64,000 bases of DNA from Atractiella rhizophila (lineage: Eukaryota): assembly GCA_021432655.1 (NCBI GenBank), contig MU271181.1:139189-203188 (forward strand), given 5' to 3'. The translations under genes were made by a program, and so were the position numbers. Within the stretch, counting starts at the first letter, position 1. Every line of letters starts with the position of its first letter. The notes below the pieces were generated by a model. It did no database searches. It saw nothing but the letters and a program-made list of their open reading frames with translations, and had not been told where the DNA came from. Of the stretch, positions 51,391 to 64,000 are shown piece by piece.

Positions 51391-52199
51391 ATTTAACGAA
51401 GTCAGAGTCGACAATGCGAGCTGGGAAGCCATTGCGGATCCAGTTAGGGATGTGGATTTCGGAGTTGAGGTACAGGTCGTGAAGTCCGAAGCGGTTGATG
51501 TAGTATTCAAATATGTCTGCGTTGTATGTTGTAATGATTTGTCGTAAAGGTCGTTGGCATGGGCGATTTTGATCGTACGCTTAGCGAGAATCATAGGAAA
51601 TAACCGTGGAGTACAGACCTGGCAAGTCCACGCTATCCCCCGTGTTGCTTTCTCACACATCGGCTCCTGGGTAACTCACTGCTGTGCCATTACGCTCTGT
51701 TGTTTCGAGTTGGCGTACTGGTACAGCACCTGGGCCAGTACAAGGGCTGTCAGCCGCGAAGCAGTCAGGCTGGGCAATGTAGACGTTGGTGGTTTTGGCA
51801 ACCAGAAGAGCATCTAAATGAGACAACAATGGGCTGTCTGAAGGAGCAGCTGAAGCATCGGTTGTTAAGAAATCAACACGTCAGGAATGGAAAGACATAC
51901 GGTGGACATTGACCGATATGCCTGCGCCAACTTGAATGCTGAGTTCCTCTGTGATTTTTGAAGTCGTAGAATCAGCGGCACTGGAGTTGTTTGTGCGAAA
52001 CGGAGTATGAGCTGGCTGGGCGATGTTGAGATTGATGTCTATGCGTAATTGTTTATCAGTAAATGCACCAATGTGATGTGCAAGTGCAACATTAGAAACA
52101 AGGGACAAGTTTGGAAAGAACATACTATTCTCTACATCATTTCTTGTTTTTGGCAGCTCTCCACGAGCATCCGTGACGCTGGACCCAGTTGGTATGCGG

Positions 52200-53551
52200 T
52201 CTGAACAAAGAGGTAAGTGTTCATGTCACATCTTGAAGAGAGTGCATACCACTGGGGTATCCTGAACTCTGCAACGAAGGGTGGATCGGAATATCGGTGA
52301 AGCTGCTCCGTCTATCAGCTTCGTGAAAAGTAAAAGGAAAAGAATACAGGCTTTGATCCTGAAATAGAGTTTGCATTCTTCTTTGCATAACTTTGATTCT
52401 CTGCTCTTTGCTCCTTTCCTGTCACAAGAGGGAGTTACATGCTGAGTCAAAGACAGAGCTGGTGGAGAGAGGGATCCTTCTTCTCCAAGTACCTTCCCCA
52501 CATCTTCCTCGACCTTCAGTCGCTTCTCGTGACGCCTATCACCAGCTCTGTAACGTTCTAATTGTCGATGTCTGCATTCAGCAAGGATGTGATCTGCCAT
52601 GGCGTGTCCTTGACACTGCGTTAGCTCAGGAAACTTGCTTTTGAGCACAGAAACGCCTCAGATGCGATGAGAATGGAGAATCTGATGCCATGTCTTCCAT
52701 TGATGCAAAGGTCCATCATACATGGCATCTAGAATCTCGCGAGCTTCTCGTTTGATGTCCATCACACGTTCTTGAGGAACTGCCATGCCATTGAAGTCCC
52801 TCAACCATTCATACTTCTTCCGCGCTCTGCCCTCAGCTGAAAGTTTCTGAAACTGCGATCTCCACTTCTTGAACTCCTCACGAGTGAACAGGAGACTGTG
52901 AGATGGCCTTTTCTGAGCTGACTGAGGAAGGGTATGCTGTTCATATTCCTCAGGCATGATAAACTGTTGAGAGCTGGTAGACTGGGTAGGAGCAGATTGA
53001 GGTTTGTTTGCTGGCGTGACACTCGAAGAAAGATTGCACACAGCCGAACCTAAGTGACACTTGTTGCCTTATCACCTGCAGGATAAAAGCAAGGAACACG
53101 CACTGAAGGGACTCATTAAGGCTTCTGAGCCTTTCAACCTCTTTTTCAACCCAAGATAAACGGAGTTTCCTGACTTTATCAAAGCATGTTCATCCGCCTG
53201 TTGAATCTTCAGCCAGTCTCGTTCAGAAAGCTCAGAGAAGGGCTTTCGACTTTGCAGAAGGACTGAAGGTCGGGAGGAAGGTGTACGAGAAACATCATGC
53301 CTCTGCGTGTGCCGTGACAGACCATTTGACGGAGGGAGCATTGTAAAGTGTTCATATGGGTCAACATCAGACTCTGGCCACAGATTCATCAGATGGATAT
53401 CATTAGAAGGACTGTGGAAGAAAGGACGGACGGGCTTCATGAATATCCTGAACGGACAAGTCCCCATACCCTTCATTATCTGACCAGGACATAAAAGCAC
53501 CTCCTATATTGTCATCGGACTCGTCATAGTTGTAGGAACTTTTGAAGACAT
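52200..53551 (-). pseudogene. Accessory gene of CACTA-like element 2
   Basis: RPSHSLLFT...WLRDFNG...KFPELTQCQGHAMAD resembles the 19000-20118 product; head-to-head with the transposase. Confidence 0.6.
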
Positions 53552-53706
53552 ATTAAAGAGGTACTGCCGTAAATTAGTAAGGAAAAATAGTGAGGAAATA
53601 TCCAGTTCGTTGTGGAAGAAGAATGAAGTTGACGTACGCACGTGAGTCCCATAATTCTGCGCCATTGAGTCCTTCCAACTACTCTAAATCTACCCCAAAA
53701 CCTGTG

Positions 53707-56700
53707 ATGGCCAAAGGAGATAGCGAGAACAATATTTGGGAGTTTAACTGCATGAAATATTGTGGAGGAGAATGGAGAAGGGTTGGCAAAAGCTCCTATA
53801 ACCGCCATGCTCCGTATCAAGAAGCAGATCAGGCTATGATCGTAGGCATAGGGCAAGAAGACATCTCTGCTAGAGATATGGAGGAACAGGGAGAAATGGA
53901 GGATGATTTCTTGATGGATCTGAGGTTGGGCCACTGGTATGTCGTTATATCAGGTTATTAATTGTCCTAAGATCCTAAGAGAACTTTAGAGCAACAACAA
54001 CGAACATAACATCAACCTCTCACGCCATATTCCTTTGCAACCTCCTTCAGGCTGCGACGGCACTTCTATGCCTGGGGATGGCCCGATCCAAACCATTCTG
54101 AACGAGCTTGAGCGGGTTGAACATCGTTGACTTGTGCGAGACCAATTGGCACATCCAATAGTCGGAGAACCAGGAGAAGAGGAACCCCTAGATGATTTAA
54201 GCGAGAATGAGCAGGAGAAAGATGAAGAGGATGAGGAAGAAGGGGAGGAAGAGGAGGAAGAGGAATGTGATGGAGAAAAAGAAAACAGTGAGCAAATAGG
54301 GGAAAATCATGAGCGTGCGTACTGATACTAGGAATATTATCATACTGACCTTCAATAGTGGACGAGCTGGCTGCAAATCTCTTGTTGGCCGATGAACCAC
54401 TTTGTCGTCTCTCTTGTTAACAGAGAACAACCCAAGATTCTGACAGACAAGTTCATAAGTCATGGAGGAAGAGAAATACGAGTATACTCCATTAACCCAC
54501 GAACAAATTAACTCCCTTGAGCTTTTCATGATTTGCCATGGACGTGCCACTGGAGACTTGTATGAGGATCTTCTCGCTTGGGTGGAGGAGCGATTCAAGA
54601 TAAGCACACTTTCCCTCGATCGAATAAAGTGTTGCATCAAGGAGAAAAGTCATATAATGCCAGAGGCATTTGACATGTGTCCGAACTCTTGCATTGCGTA
54701 TACTGGCGAACGGTCTGAACTCACCGAATGCCCAAAATGTTACCTATCACGCTATCGAGAAGCGACGTCAAAACCAGGCGGCAAGCGCAAGAAGAAGGTT
54801 CCTAGACAACAGTATTTCGTGGTTTCATTTGAAGCTCCCCTCCAGGCTCGCTGGCCACCGAAGAAGGAGCGTCTACGCATAGGGCCAGACGGACGAAAGA
54901 CCTTCTCGAAAAGTGTCCCCAAGATGGGATGCTACCTGATATCCTCGACGATATCTATTGTGGTTCAGATTACCTCAAGCTTGCTCGTGAAAAGAAAATC
55001 TTACCTTCCGATACCGTTCTTGCCTTTTCTCTTGATGGAGCGCAAGTTTTCAACAAGAAGCCTTCCAATGCTATCTTTGTCATTATAATCGATTACAATC
55101 TCCTGCTGGAGATTCGATACAAGCAGCAATATGTCATCCCCATTGCAATTATCCCTGGCCCAAACAAGCCTTGGGATCAAAATTCCTTTCTTCATCCCAT
55201 CTTTCAACGGGTCAAGCAGTTTTCAGTCAAAGGCTATCCGATCCATGATTCCAAGTTTAATATCTGGTTTCGCTCCCGTCCTTTCATTGCCCTGGGCCTG
55301 TTTGATACAATCTGTGCAAGTGAGATGGGAGGGGAGGTTGGCCACACTGGCTGTCGTGGATGCCACATCAATGGCTGCGCTTTAATCGGAGTGCATCAAC
55401 CTGGCACTCCTATCTATTATTTTACTCTGCTGCGGCCGCTCGACTATCAAGAATCTGAATTCGAGCGACCAGATTATGATCTTCGTAAGGCAACAGCTCT
55501 CCAAAGACAGTTTGGAATTATCCGCGATACCCCCTTTGCAGAAATTCCCATATTCGGAAACGGCCCCCTTTCTGTTTTGTTGTCGACGGAATGCATCATC
55601 CGAACCTGAACTTTCCTGAACTTATGCTTGGTCTCTGGCGTGGAACAATTTATCCTACAAACAAGAAACGAAGTGGATTGGGGAAGAGAAAGCGTAGTCA
55701 GATTGCAGCAGCTCCCATTCCCATTCCTGCTGAAGATCGGATGCCCTGGGAAGCTCTCATTGGGCCATTGTGGGAGCAGCATGGAATCGAGGTTGCAAAC
55801 ACCTGAATTCATATCCCCTCATCTTGGGATAAATTCCTTTGCAACATTGACATCAAGTATTCAGATTATAAGGCTAAAGAATGGGAAACATACTTTTATG
55901 GCCTTGGTCCTGGGCTCCTCAAAGGATATATTCCCAAGCTGTACTTCTCACATTACCTCAAGATTGTCTATTGTGTCCGGATCCTTCGAAAGCGTCAGAT
56001 TTCGCAAACTGAGCTCAATCATGTTAAAAATCTCATTATTGAGTTTGTGGAAGAGTTTGAAAAATTGTATTATCAGAGGGACATCCATCGGATCAACTGT
56101 TACAGAATTTCACTGTATAAATTTCTTCATCTTGTTGCCCAGACACAAAGAGTTGGGCCTTTCATCTACGTCACTAATGGACTCTCGAACGAACGATCGG
56201 CATTTTAGGATCACGACTTCAACAGCCTTCACGGCCGTACCAAAATCTGTCTAGACAATGCATCCAGCAAGCTCAATGTCAAGTTTTACGATCAATCGAC
56301 CCCACGCTCATGAAGAAACGTGCACTTTGTACCCTGCCTCGAGGAGCTTTAGATCTGAGAAATTCATATGCTTTGTTGCGAGCTTCTGTAACTTCGATTT
56401 GCAGTGACATAGAAAAGACGGTTGTATCTGCATTTCTACAGCGAATCCATGGGGAGATCGCATTGACGTGGGACGGAAGATTTACGAAATGGGCGCCCTG
56501 CAACTTCCTAACGGCAAGAGAGTTCGCACACGATGGAAAGAGCTCGAGCGGCCTATCAATGAAGTATGCATCAGTCAGAATATTATGTATCTATGACGAA
56601 CCGTACCCTGGCTTGGAACAATGGGGCCCACACGAATTGAAATGCAATATGGTGAGGTATGCTTTTTCTTGGAAGTTTCACTGGCTTCGAGCGTACATCA

Positions 56701-56830
56701 CCTGGCACTCATTCGACCGTACGGCGATTACGAGCAGCGCGACATCCACTCTGTTATTCTGAGCTGCAAGCCGGCTGTTGAAGGTTCCCTATATCACATC
56801 ACTTCTCTGCATTCCCATCCAAGGTAAGGA
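53707..56830 (+). mobile_element. CACTA/EnSpm-like transposase 2 (pseudogene)
   Basis: DMCPNSCIAYTG...CPKC...RY, FSLDGAQ, IPGPNKP, DT...GHTGCRGC, DGMH, YKAKEW, WTLERTIG and YGEVCFF; multiple frameshifts. Confidence 0.93.
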
Positions 56831-57689
56831 AAAGTTTCTGGAATCTCTGTGGACATGAGGAGGAGGCGGTGCGGCAAGATGAGGAGGCAGAGCAAACCGG
56901 CAGATGATGCAAGCGGGTGCCATGGCCAAACGTGAACAAGAGATCGTAAGAGGTCTATATCGGCAAACAACATAGGTCAAAGGCTAGCAAATAGAATGGA
57001 GGACACCTACCTTAACAGGAAGCTGTGCCATTCCAATACTATATCTGGACCACAGCAGACATAGTATTGTGATGATTCCAGCTGAAAGGGCTTTGTCAGT
57101 GAATCGGATCAATGTCCAAGATGTCCTACTCACAGCTGCAGCAGAGTACTATTGGCAGAAAGAGAAAGACTTACTGAGTTTATACAAGCGAAGCTCAAAT
57201 ATTACCGGAAACCATTGCGAGACCAGAGTTCTACTTGGCGGCAAAGTCTCTGAAGGCTGTTATTGAACGCGATGCAGAGCTGACTAGTACCACTGATAAA
57301 AAAAGACATCGTTGAAACTCAATCGACAGATTGCGAAAAGCCTTCGACGAGGGAATCAGAGAAAGAAGTCCAAAGTGTTGGCGATGGAAGCGTACTGGAG
57401 AATAACTAACCCCCTCCTCCCTGCACTCAACAACAGAGAAGCTCACATTAGCATTGATTTCTTGCCAGCCCCTTTCAACCGCCAGAAATTCCTAATTTTT
57501 CCAACTTTTCCGAACTGAGCCAGAGCTGAACTTACTTTGCTGCAGGCGTTGCCGTGTCAGTCGAAAAAATGTGGAAATTTCGTAGATATTTGTCCGCATT
57601 TGTTGCACAATCAAGGAAAGTGTGGGAAATTCAGGAAAGGACTTTTTTGACAGGGGTCTAAAACCCATCCTCATCCCAGTCCACAGCTA

Positions 57690-58046
57690 CAGTCATTTGC
57701 AAAATTAGGGTCATTTGTCGCTCGTCATCAACTTCATGCTGGCCACTCTCCGGGTGACAAATTTACGTCATTGTCCGTGAAGTCGCAGATCACATGCATG
57801 CACCAAATGATTTCTTGGACATTCTGTTTCGAAAGAGAGCTTAATGGGTAGGAATGAGAACACACATCCTGGGGTACACATTAGAACATAGGAATTTGCC
57901 TGAAAGACATGTCAAAAGGTGGTTATTGGACGGGTTGAGTGTTGACGCATGATCAAAAGCGCTATCCTGCGCCGTTTTGCGACGCGGAAGGCGGCCGGCA
58001 TGAAGTTGACGACGAGCGACAAACGACACTAATTTTGCAAACGATG
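57690..58046. mobile_element. Tc1/mariner-type MITE with TIRs of about 55 bp and TA target duplication
   Basis: TA-CAGTCATTTGCAAAATTAG...GGCC (57688-57744) pairs with GGCC...CTAATTTTGCAAACGATG-TA (57993-58048); non-coding interior. Confidence 0.85.
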
Positions 58047-59944
58047 TAGCACGTCCAAGCGCAAGATAGTGGGTTGACCGAGCCGAACGCGACACTAATT
58101 TTGCAAATGACTGAAGTGAATTAAGTTTTGGAACAGCAGTTTGACGTCAAATGATGATCGTCACTTAACCAATTCAGTTTTAAACACCTTTAACATGTGG
58201 TCAATGGAATTGATATAGGAAATGACGGTTATTTCTGTGGTGTTGAAGGATATTTAGCCCTCTGGCTGGACAAGTTGAATTCAAGTACGCAACGCACTAG
58301 AAACAAAGCACGGAGGAAGCACAAAGAAGAGGTTGGCTCCTTTCTTCGTGTCAAGCGTCAAAATCCCAACTAGTACGATGCAAGTTCACCTTGAGGGTTG
58401 TAGCTGCTGTGGAAATAATGTCCCAAGATGGAAGTAGCATCAGGCTGAGCCACTGCTTTGCATCTATGCGCAATCAAGTCATCGGAATTCAATTTTCAAC
58501 CACAAAAATAGACCTTACTTCAATTCGGTTCAGAAGGCTCCATCTTGACCCTGAAGGCTGGCTATGCCGACGATAGGTCTTTGAAATTCCGATGTTCTTC
58601 AATGTTGGGGGTTGATGTACGACTGCAAAATAAAAGGTGGTGGTACAGGTTCTGGCCTGCTTCATCCATCCTTCGAAACGTCTTTGCCTGAAGATGAACG
58701 TGACAGATGAACTTTATATCTGGAGAACAGCGATGGGCAAGTTGTATTCTGTCGAAGACTTTATAACCCTTCACACATGTGGTTCCGTTGAGGACATCTG
58801 GATCGGTGAGCAGCTTACGAACTCTCTAAATTCGCTGTAACCCTTTCCTCGAAGTCTTCCCTGCAGGCAAGGCACTTCTATCGCAATTTCGCGCCACCTC
58901 ACCACCTTTGTAAAGGCTCATACCGACGCGTGTTCGACGAGCATGGGATGGAGTACTTTCCTTCGACGAGAGGTGGCTTACTCTGGCTGCGAGGTAAGCT
59001 ATCTGCCTTTATGTCCTTGCCTTTTTGTTCACTCACGAAGTACCGTGCCAAGGTCAATCGTGCGTCTCTAACAGCTTCAACAGCCTTGTTTCACTCTAAC
59101 TTCTAGTTGCACCTGTCAAAGCTTTGACATGGAGAACAAATGTGAGTAGTGGCTCGCTTCACCCTTTCCCTTCACCTAATGGCGTGGAAAGACAAACGAC
59201 CTGCCGTAATCAGGAAGCACTTTATTTCCTGTAAGTTCCGAGTTCAACAATTCGGTTGGTACGACCCGATAGCAACGTGTTGTTGGTTATGGGAAAATAT
59301 GTGAAACCTCAAAATATAGCCTCCTTAACTGCTTTTGTCAGAGATGGATTAATATTGAAGTGTAGCCGTCGCGGATGAATTGGAAAATGGGCAGCCATGG
59401 CAGCCATATGGCCCCGTCAAAACGTTTGATACCTCCATCGTCCTGGAACCTTGCAGAGATGATTTGGTTGCCCCAGGCAAGACCACTCACAACAGTGCAT
59501 CTTAAGAGCAGCTTTAAGGGCTATTTTGACTCAGCGGAGTGAGTCGACACTTAGTGCCAGTAGATCTCTTTGCGCTCGCTCTGCGCCAGATTGCTGATAG
59601 AATATGTCAAGTTCGTTCCTCACTTTCTTTCGCAAGTGGCGTGCTGGCACCACGCTGTAGTTCCAGTTGAATTCATGGACATGTTGCGCAGACGAGTATC
59701 CTCTTCGAACGAACTTTCATCAAACGCGGAAGAGAATATTTACGATCGGAGAAGTTGGTACACTTCGCTAGCTTCAATCAGGTCGGATCCAGCTCTCCAC
59801 ACTAATCGTTACACATCGGATAATTATTGCAAGACTTAACATTTTTGTACTGAACAGGACTTTTATCGCATCAGTCGGAGGGCAGATTTCGAACTAAGTG
59901 ACAGTCCTTTATATCGAACAAAGTGCCGAACTACAGATTGGCAT

Positions 59945-62900
59945 TCAAGGCATAAACAGAAGCTCGTTAGGATCGTTGAAATGACCTGCATTTGAGAATG
60001 GTAATGTGAGATTGTCTCCTACGAAAGGCCAGTATGAGCTGGAACCTGGTGGAACTTGATGACCGTTGACCGCATTCATGTTCGCCCTGAGTCCAGGATT
60101 GAACATTGACGAACGAGTGCAAAGTTGTTTCACGGCTTGACCGTGACGAGTATCTGTAGAACTATTCGTTCTCGTGGGATCTTGCGGTAACTTGATGCCA
60201 ATGTCGCTGAGCCAGTCTTCGATATCAAAAGAATACGAAGTCGGCATGAAGCCAGATAACATTTCTGCTAGGGAATCCGAGAAGCCAAGGTTTTCATCGA
60301 AAACAGGATCAGGTTTTGATGAATCATGAGGATAAGGCGCCGAATGGACGGGCATGGTCGGAGGATTAAGCTTGGCGTCGAGGGTGTGTTCCGTGACCTG
60401 CGCGGTCAGGCGTTCTGAGAGCTTATGAACACAATCTTCAGTGTCCCATGCCCATCCGAGCTGCTTCAAGGCCTCTATGTACCTGCCAACTAATTCGTGA
60501 ACAGAGACTGAGACGACAATTAAGGGACAAACAGTTGCACCTCCGTCACTTTGGTCTCCATGTTCCAAGTGTTGGGTTGAAGATCATTCGTCGTAGGAGC
60601 GTCAAGCAGAATTTCAGCGGTCGAATAGAGGAGGTCAAAGCTGAGTCCGCCGCCCATGAACAAGGTAGTGGAGAGATTTTTCTGATATGCACGAAGCATC
60701 ACCTTCTGTCAGTAGAAGGTGACATTACTTACTTCGACAATCCTGGCGACGTCTCTCGACGCTTTGAGTACTCTTATCCCACTCTCCCTCCTAAAACCCT
60801 CCCATACCTCCCACTCTCTTTTCCTTCCCCCACCACCGGGGATATCAAACCTCCCAAGCGCATCAACGACTTCCGTATGCCTTTCGCCTACCCAACGATG
60901 CGCCACTTCTATCACTTTAGCTTTGGAGACTGTTAGCACCCTTAATGTGCTTTCGAACTTGTCCGCTAGGCCTCCCAACACTTTCTTCTGGCGCAGGTTG
61001 AACGTTAAGATGAGTGTGTCGCTCTCATCTACTCCTTGCCAGAATTTTTGGAGGGCCATATCTTCATCAGTTTGCAAACGAGAGGGTAAATCTGTCCATC
61101 AAAACTGGTCCGTTATTGACGAGGTCCAGTTTTTTGAATCAAAAAGGAAGAAGAAAACATACGGACAAGACAATTCCTTGCCAGCTCTCTTGCCACATGT
61201 GTCCAATGACTTAAAAGTCCAACGCTTGCCGCACGTGCGACCATTCCCACGTCTTCCGAATTGAGCTGTGCCATGATAGACTCGAATCGTGGGTTCAGAG
61301 AATCCAGTGATAGGATTCCGATATCGTCTTTTGTGCTATGACCGGCCAGTCAGAATACTGCTCTCCTCAAATGTATGAAGACAAACATATGAGGCAATCT
61401 TCGAGAGAGACATGCATTGAGCGCATCCCTCGTCTATCGTCACACAGTCACTTCGAGTTTCGTTCTTCAAACAAGGAAAGCCATACGTAAACGAACCACC
61501 AGATCAGTCCACTCTCAACGTTCCTCAACTCCTTCTCCTTCGTCTCGAAACTCGTTGGGCCGGTGGCACTTCCTCCTACAGCCCCACGCCTCTTTTTTGG
61601 TACAGGATTCCTGGCATAATAAGTTAACTCGCGCATGTGTTCCACAGCCGCAGCAATCATAGGATGCCCTTTGGAATGAGTCGGGTTTCCCCCTAAATAT
61701 CACCGCATCGTTAGATCAGCGGATAACGAGAATAAGCGGAAGGTGACAAACAGTTGACCAAATATTCGAGCAACACCAAACTCCTAACATTATCCACACT
61801 CCTCCTCCTCCATACCCCCATACGATCCGCCGCCTCAAATGCCCTCGACAGCATAGCAGCAGCGAAGGGAGCACGCTGTTTACCATACTGTACAAAATCT
61901 TTGGGATGTTGTGCCAGGAGCGAGGGAATGGTTGGTAACGATGTAGCAGGTGTCCCGTGGCAATTACGAAGAGCAGGTAAGAGGAGGGGTTGCGACGAGA
62001 CGCGCGCACCGAAGGCTTGGATTACAGAGAGAAGACACTAAAATATTCTGTCAGCAACGAAGGGGACATAGTAGTGGTTTTACCTCGTCGACGTGCCCCA
62101 GATCTCCTAATATTCCTCCAGTGTTATCGATAAACTGATCTGCCTCAAGGATTGGAATCTGAGGATGAGTATACTGAATAATGGCCATCAAATCGTGGAT
62201 GGAAGCACCGCTTCATCAGCCAACTTACCAAGAAGTAGCTCTGTATCAGCTCCTTTCCCATCTCCTCATCAATCTCGCAGCCCCAACCTCCACATACGGT
62301 CAGCATTTTCCTTTCCCTCGTAACCGCGCTCGATGCACTCCCATAAGGAGTCACCTGTCTGGCTGTTTCCTCCTGGTCGTGCTTTGAAAGTGTGCTGGAG
62401 TCGAACAACTTCCTGACAAGACATATCGCATTGCATTGAAGAATGGAAGCATGAAAGGTGGAGATCACGAACTTGGCTTCCGCTATCAGTTTCCCTGCGT
62501 GCTTCCCGCCTTGCGTGCACGCGATACCTTTGCTGAATCACGATCAGCCCTGCGCGAAGAGAGGAACCAAAACCAAGTTGAGACAAACCGCTCGCACTGG
62601 CTGCACGAACCCTGTCCCCTATCCCTAGACACAAATCCAGGTTTCTTGACATTTGCCACAAGAGATCAAACGAAAAGGGTAGGGTACAACCTCTCACCTA
62701 TTTGAGTGATATTGGCAAACCATCAGCTCCAATCTTTTGGTGATGGAAAGAATATGACGCACATCTTACTTTTCGTAATCTATTTCCAACAAAGACAGTT
62801 ATGGTCAGCTTGGTAGGACTTTGCGAGATGGAGAGGCAAGCAAAGTCAAACCGGCAAGCACCGCAAACCTGGCTACCTGTCAGCAAAACACGAATCTCCG

Positions 62901-63097
62901 TTCATTTGTCGCCTCTATCGAACAAAACGTGCCTCACCCTGTGCACCGTCATGGCAACAGCGGTCACAGCGATGTAAACAACTTACTCTCATTCTCACCC
63001 TCTTTGCCCGCGCCGGCGTGGCTTGACGCCGTCTTAAAGTTAGCGATGGCAGAATCTGTGATGGAGATGATGATATTAGGGAAGGATTTTGTGGCAT
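59945..63097 (-). CDS. Zn(II)2Cys6 fungal transcription factor, multi-exon, apparently intact (start codon uncertain)
   Basis: Exons 62852-62868, 62763-62779, 62691-62697, 62589-62624 and the exon starting at 62532 splice via GT-AG to VCGACRLRKVRCERDRGQGSCSQCERKGIAC; downstream minus-strand ORFs at 62145-62468, 60709-61077 and 59945-60568. The middle exons were not fully spliced by hand. Confidence 0.88.
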
Positions 63098-64000
63098 GGT
63101 TGGATGGATGAGATGGGAAGACGCGATGGATAAAAGAAGCAATGGACAAGGAAGCAGAAGCAATGCAAAGCGGGGAAAAGAAGCTAAGAGCCCGCAGAGG
63201 TCCGATGTCGGAACGGAACTAAACCGAAGCTGCAAAGGTTCGAAATGGTTCGAAAACAATAATATTCTCTGCCAATCGAAGTTGTTCCGAATTTTCTTGT
63301 GGGCGTCGCAATTCTGAATGAAGATCGTAGGTTAGGTATAGGTATGGCTAGACCGCATTCCGGTTAGCTGGACAACTAGTCCAAGCACGTGATCCGGTTG
63401 TGGGATCGCTCAGATGAAATTCGAATGCATTTTGGTCTTTCGCTACAGGTGTCCAAATTCTTCCACATTGTGTTTGGTTTCTAGGCTCACATGTGTTGCG
63501 GTTTGGCTTGCAAGCATTCTGTGAGCCAACAAGAGCTTGTAAGCCCTTGAAAGGACCCAAACAAGGTGGTAAGCAAGACAAAAGGCTCAGCTGCCACCTC
63601 TAGAGAATTTAGGTAGGAGACAGTTTGAACTTTGCAATGAAGGGAGGGGTTGGGTACACGGCAGGTTGAGCGCACAGTCCCAGGAACTTCGGTCAGGACT
63701 GCAGGGCGAAGAATCCCCTTGTCGATCTCATCGCAATCTTGAGGGACTCGAAATCGAGTTGGATGTAGTAACTCGAAACGCACGTTCAGCCCAGGTAGCA
63801 CGTTCCCAATTCACTGAGAAGTCCAATATCAGTCCCTGGGTTGCATCCTCAGGAGTCCTGAAGGCCGGGCATATTGGCTTTGCGGCTCTCCGGCTCATTG
63901 CAGTCCTCTTCCTCTTCCTCTCCCCTCCCTCCCCTCCCAGATCTCTTACAATGCTACCGTCCTGAGTCTCAACAATACATTGAAGGAAGATATTAAATTG

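Noticed and set aside
40000..57000. TET/JBP dioxygenase or KDZ transposase cargo, which is known to associate with Plavaka-rich regions
   Set aside because: I found no convincing HxD...H 2OG-Fe(II) motif set or KDZ motifs by eye; a profile search would be needed to exclude them.
1..64000. CRISPR arrays, rRNA, tRNA or prokaryotic operons
   Set aside because: No repeat-spacer array or RNA-gene signature seen; the sequence is intron-rich fungal DNA.

Overview
This is eukaryotic fungal DNA. Short GT-AG introns, Zn(II)2Cys6 genes, a FunK1 kinase remnant and Plavaka transposases point to a basidiomycete. Most of the window is a graveyard of nested, decayed transposons: one near-intact Ty1/copia element (12977-17634), three hAT remnants, two CACTA/EnSpm-like and two Plavaka elements each with a divergent accessory gene, a third small CACTA-like remnant, a pogo-type DDE_1 remnant, LINE pieces, a gypsy-type gag, a DIRS/Ngaro-type RT and a Tc1/mariner-type MITE. 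The only apparently intact host gene is a microexon-rich Zn2Cys6 transcription factor near the right end. The most striking signal is about 1.78 kb next to the N-gap (21556 to about 23337) that encodes a CACTA transposase core only when read backwards without complementing. Six-frame translation cannot see it, and it is most likely an assembly artefact. Also notable are an 845-bp inversion inside a Plavaka gene with both breakpoints in introns, and shared promoter motifs in the head-to-head transposase/accessory modules. I found no complete novel biological system I can support. All family assignments come from motif recognition by eye, and coordinates of decayed elements are approximate.
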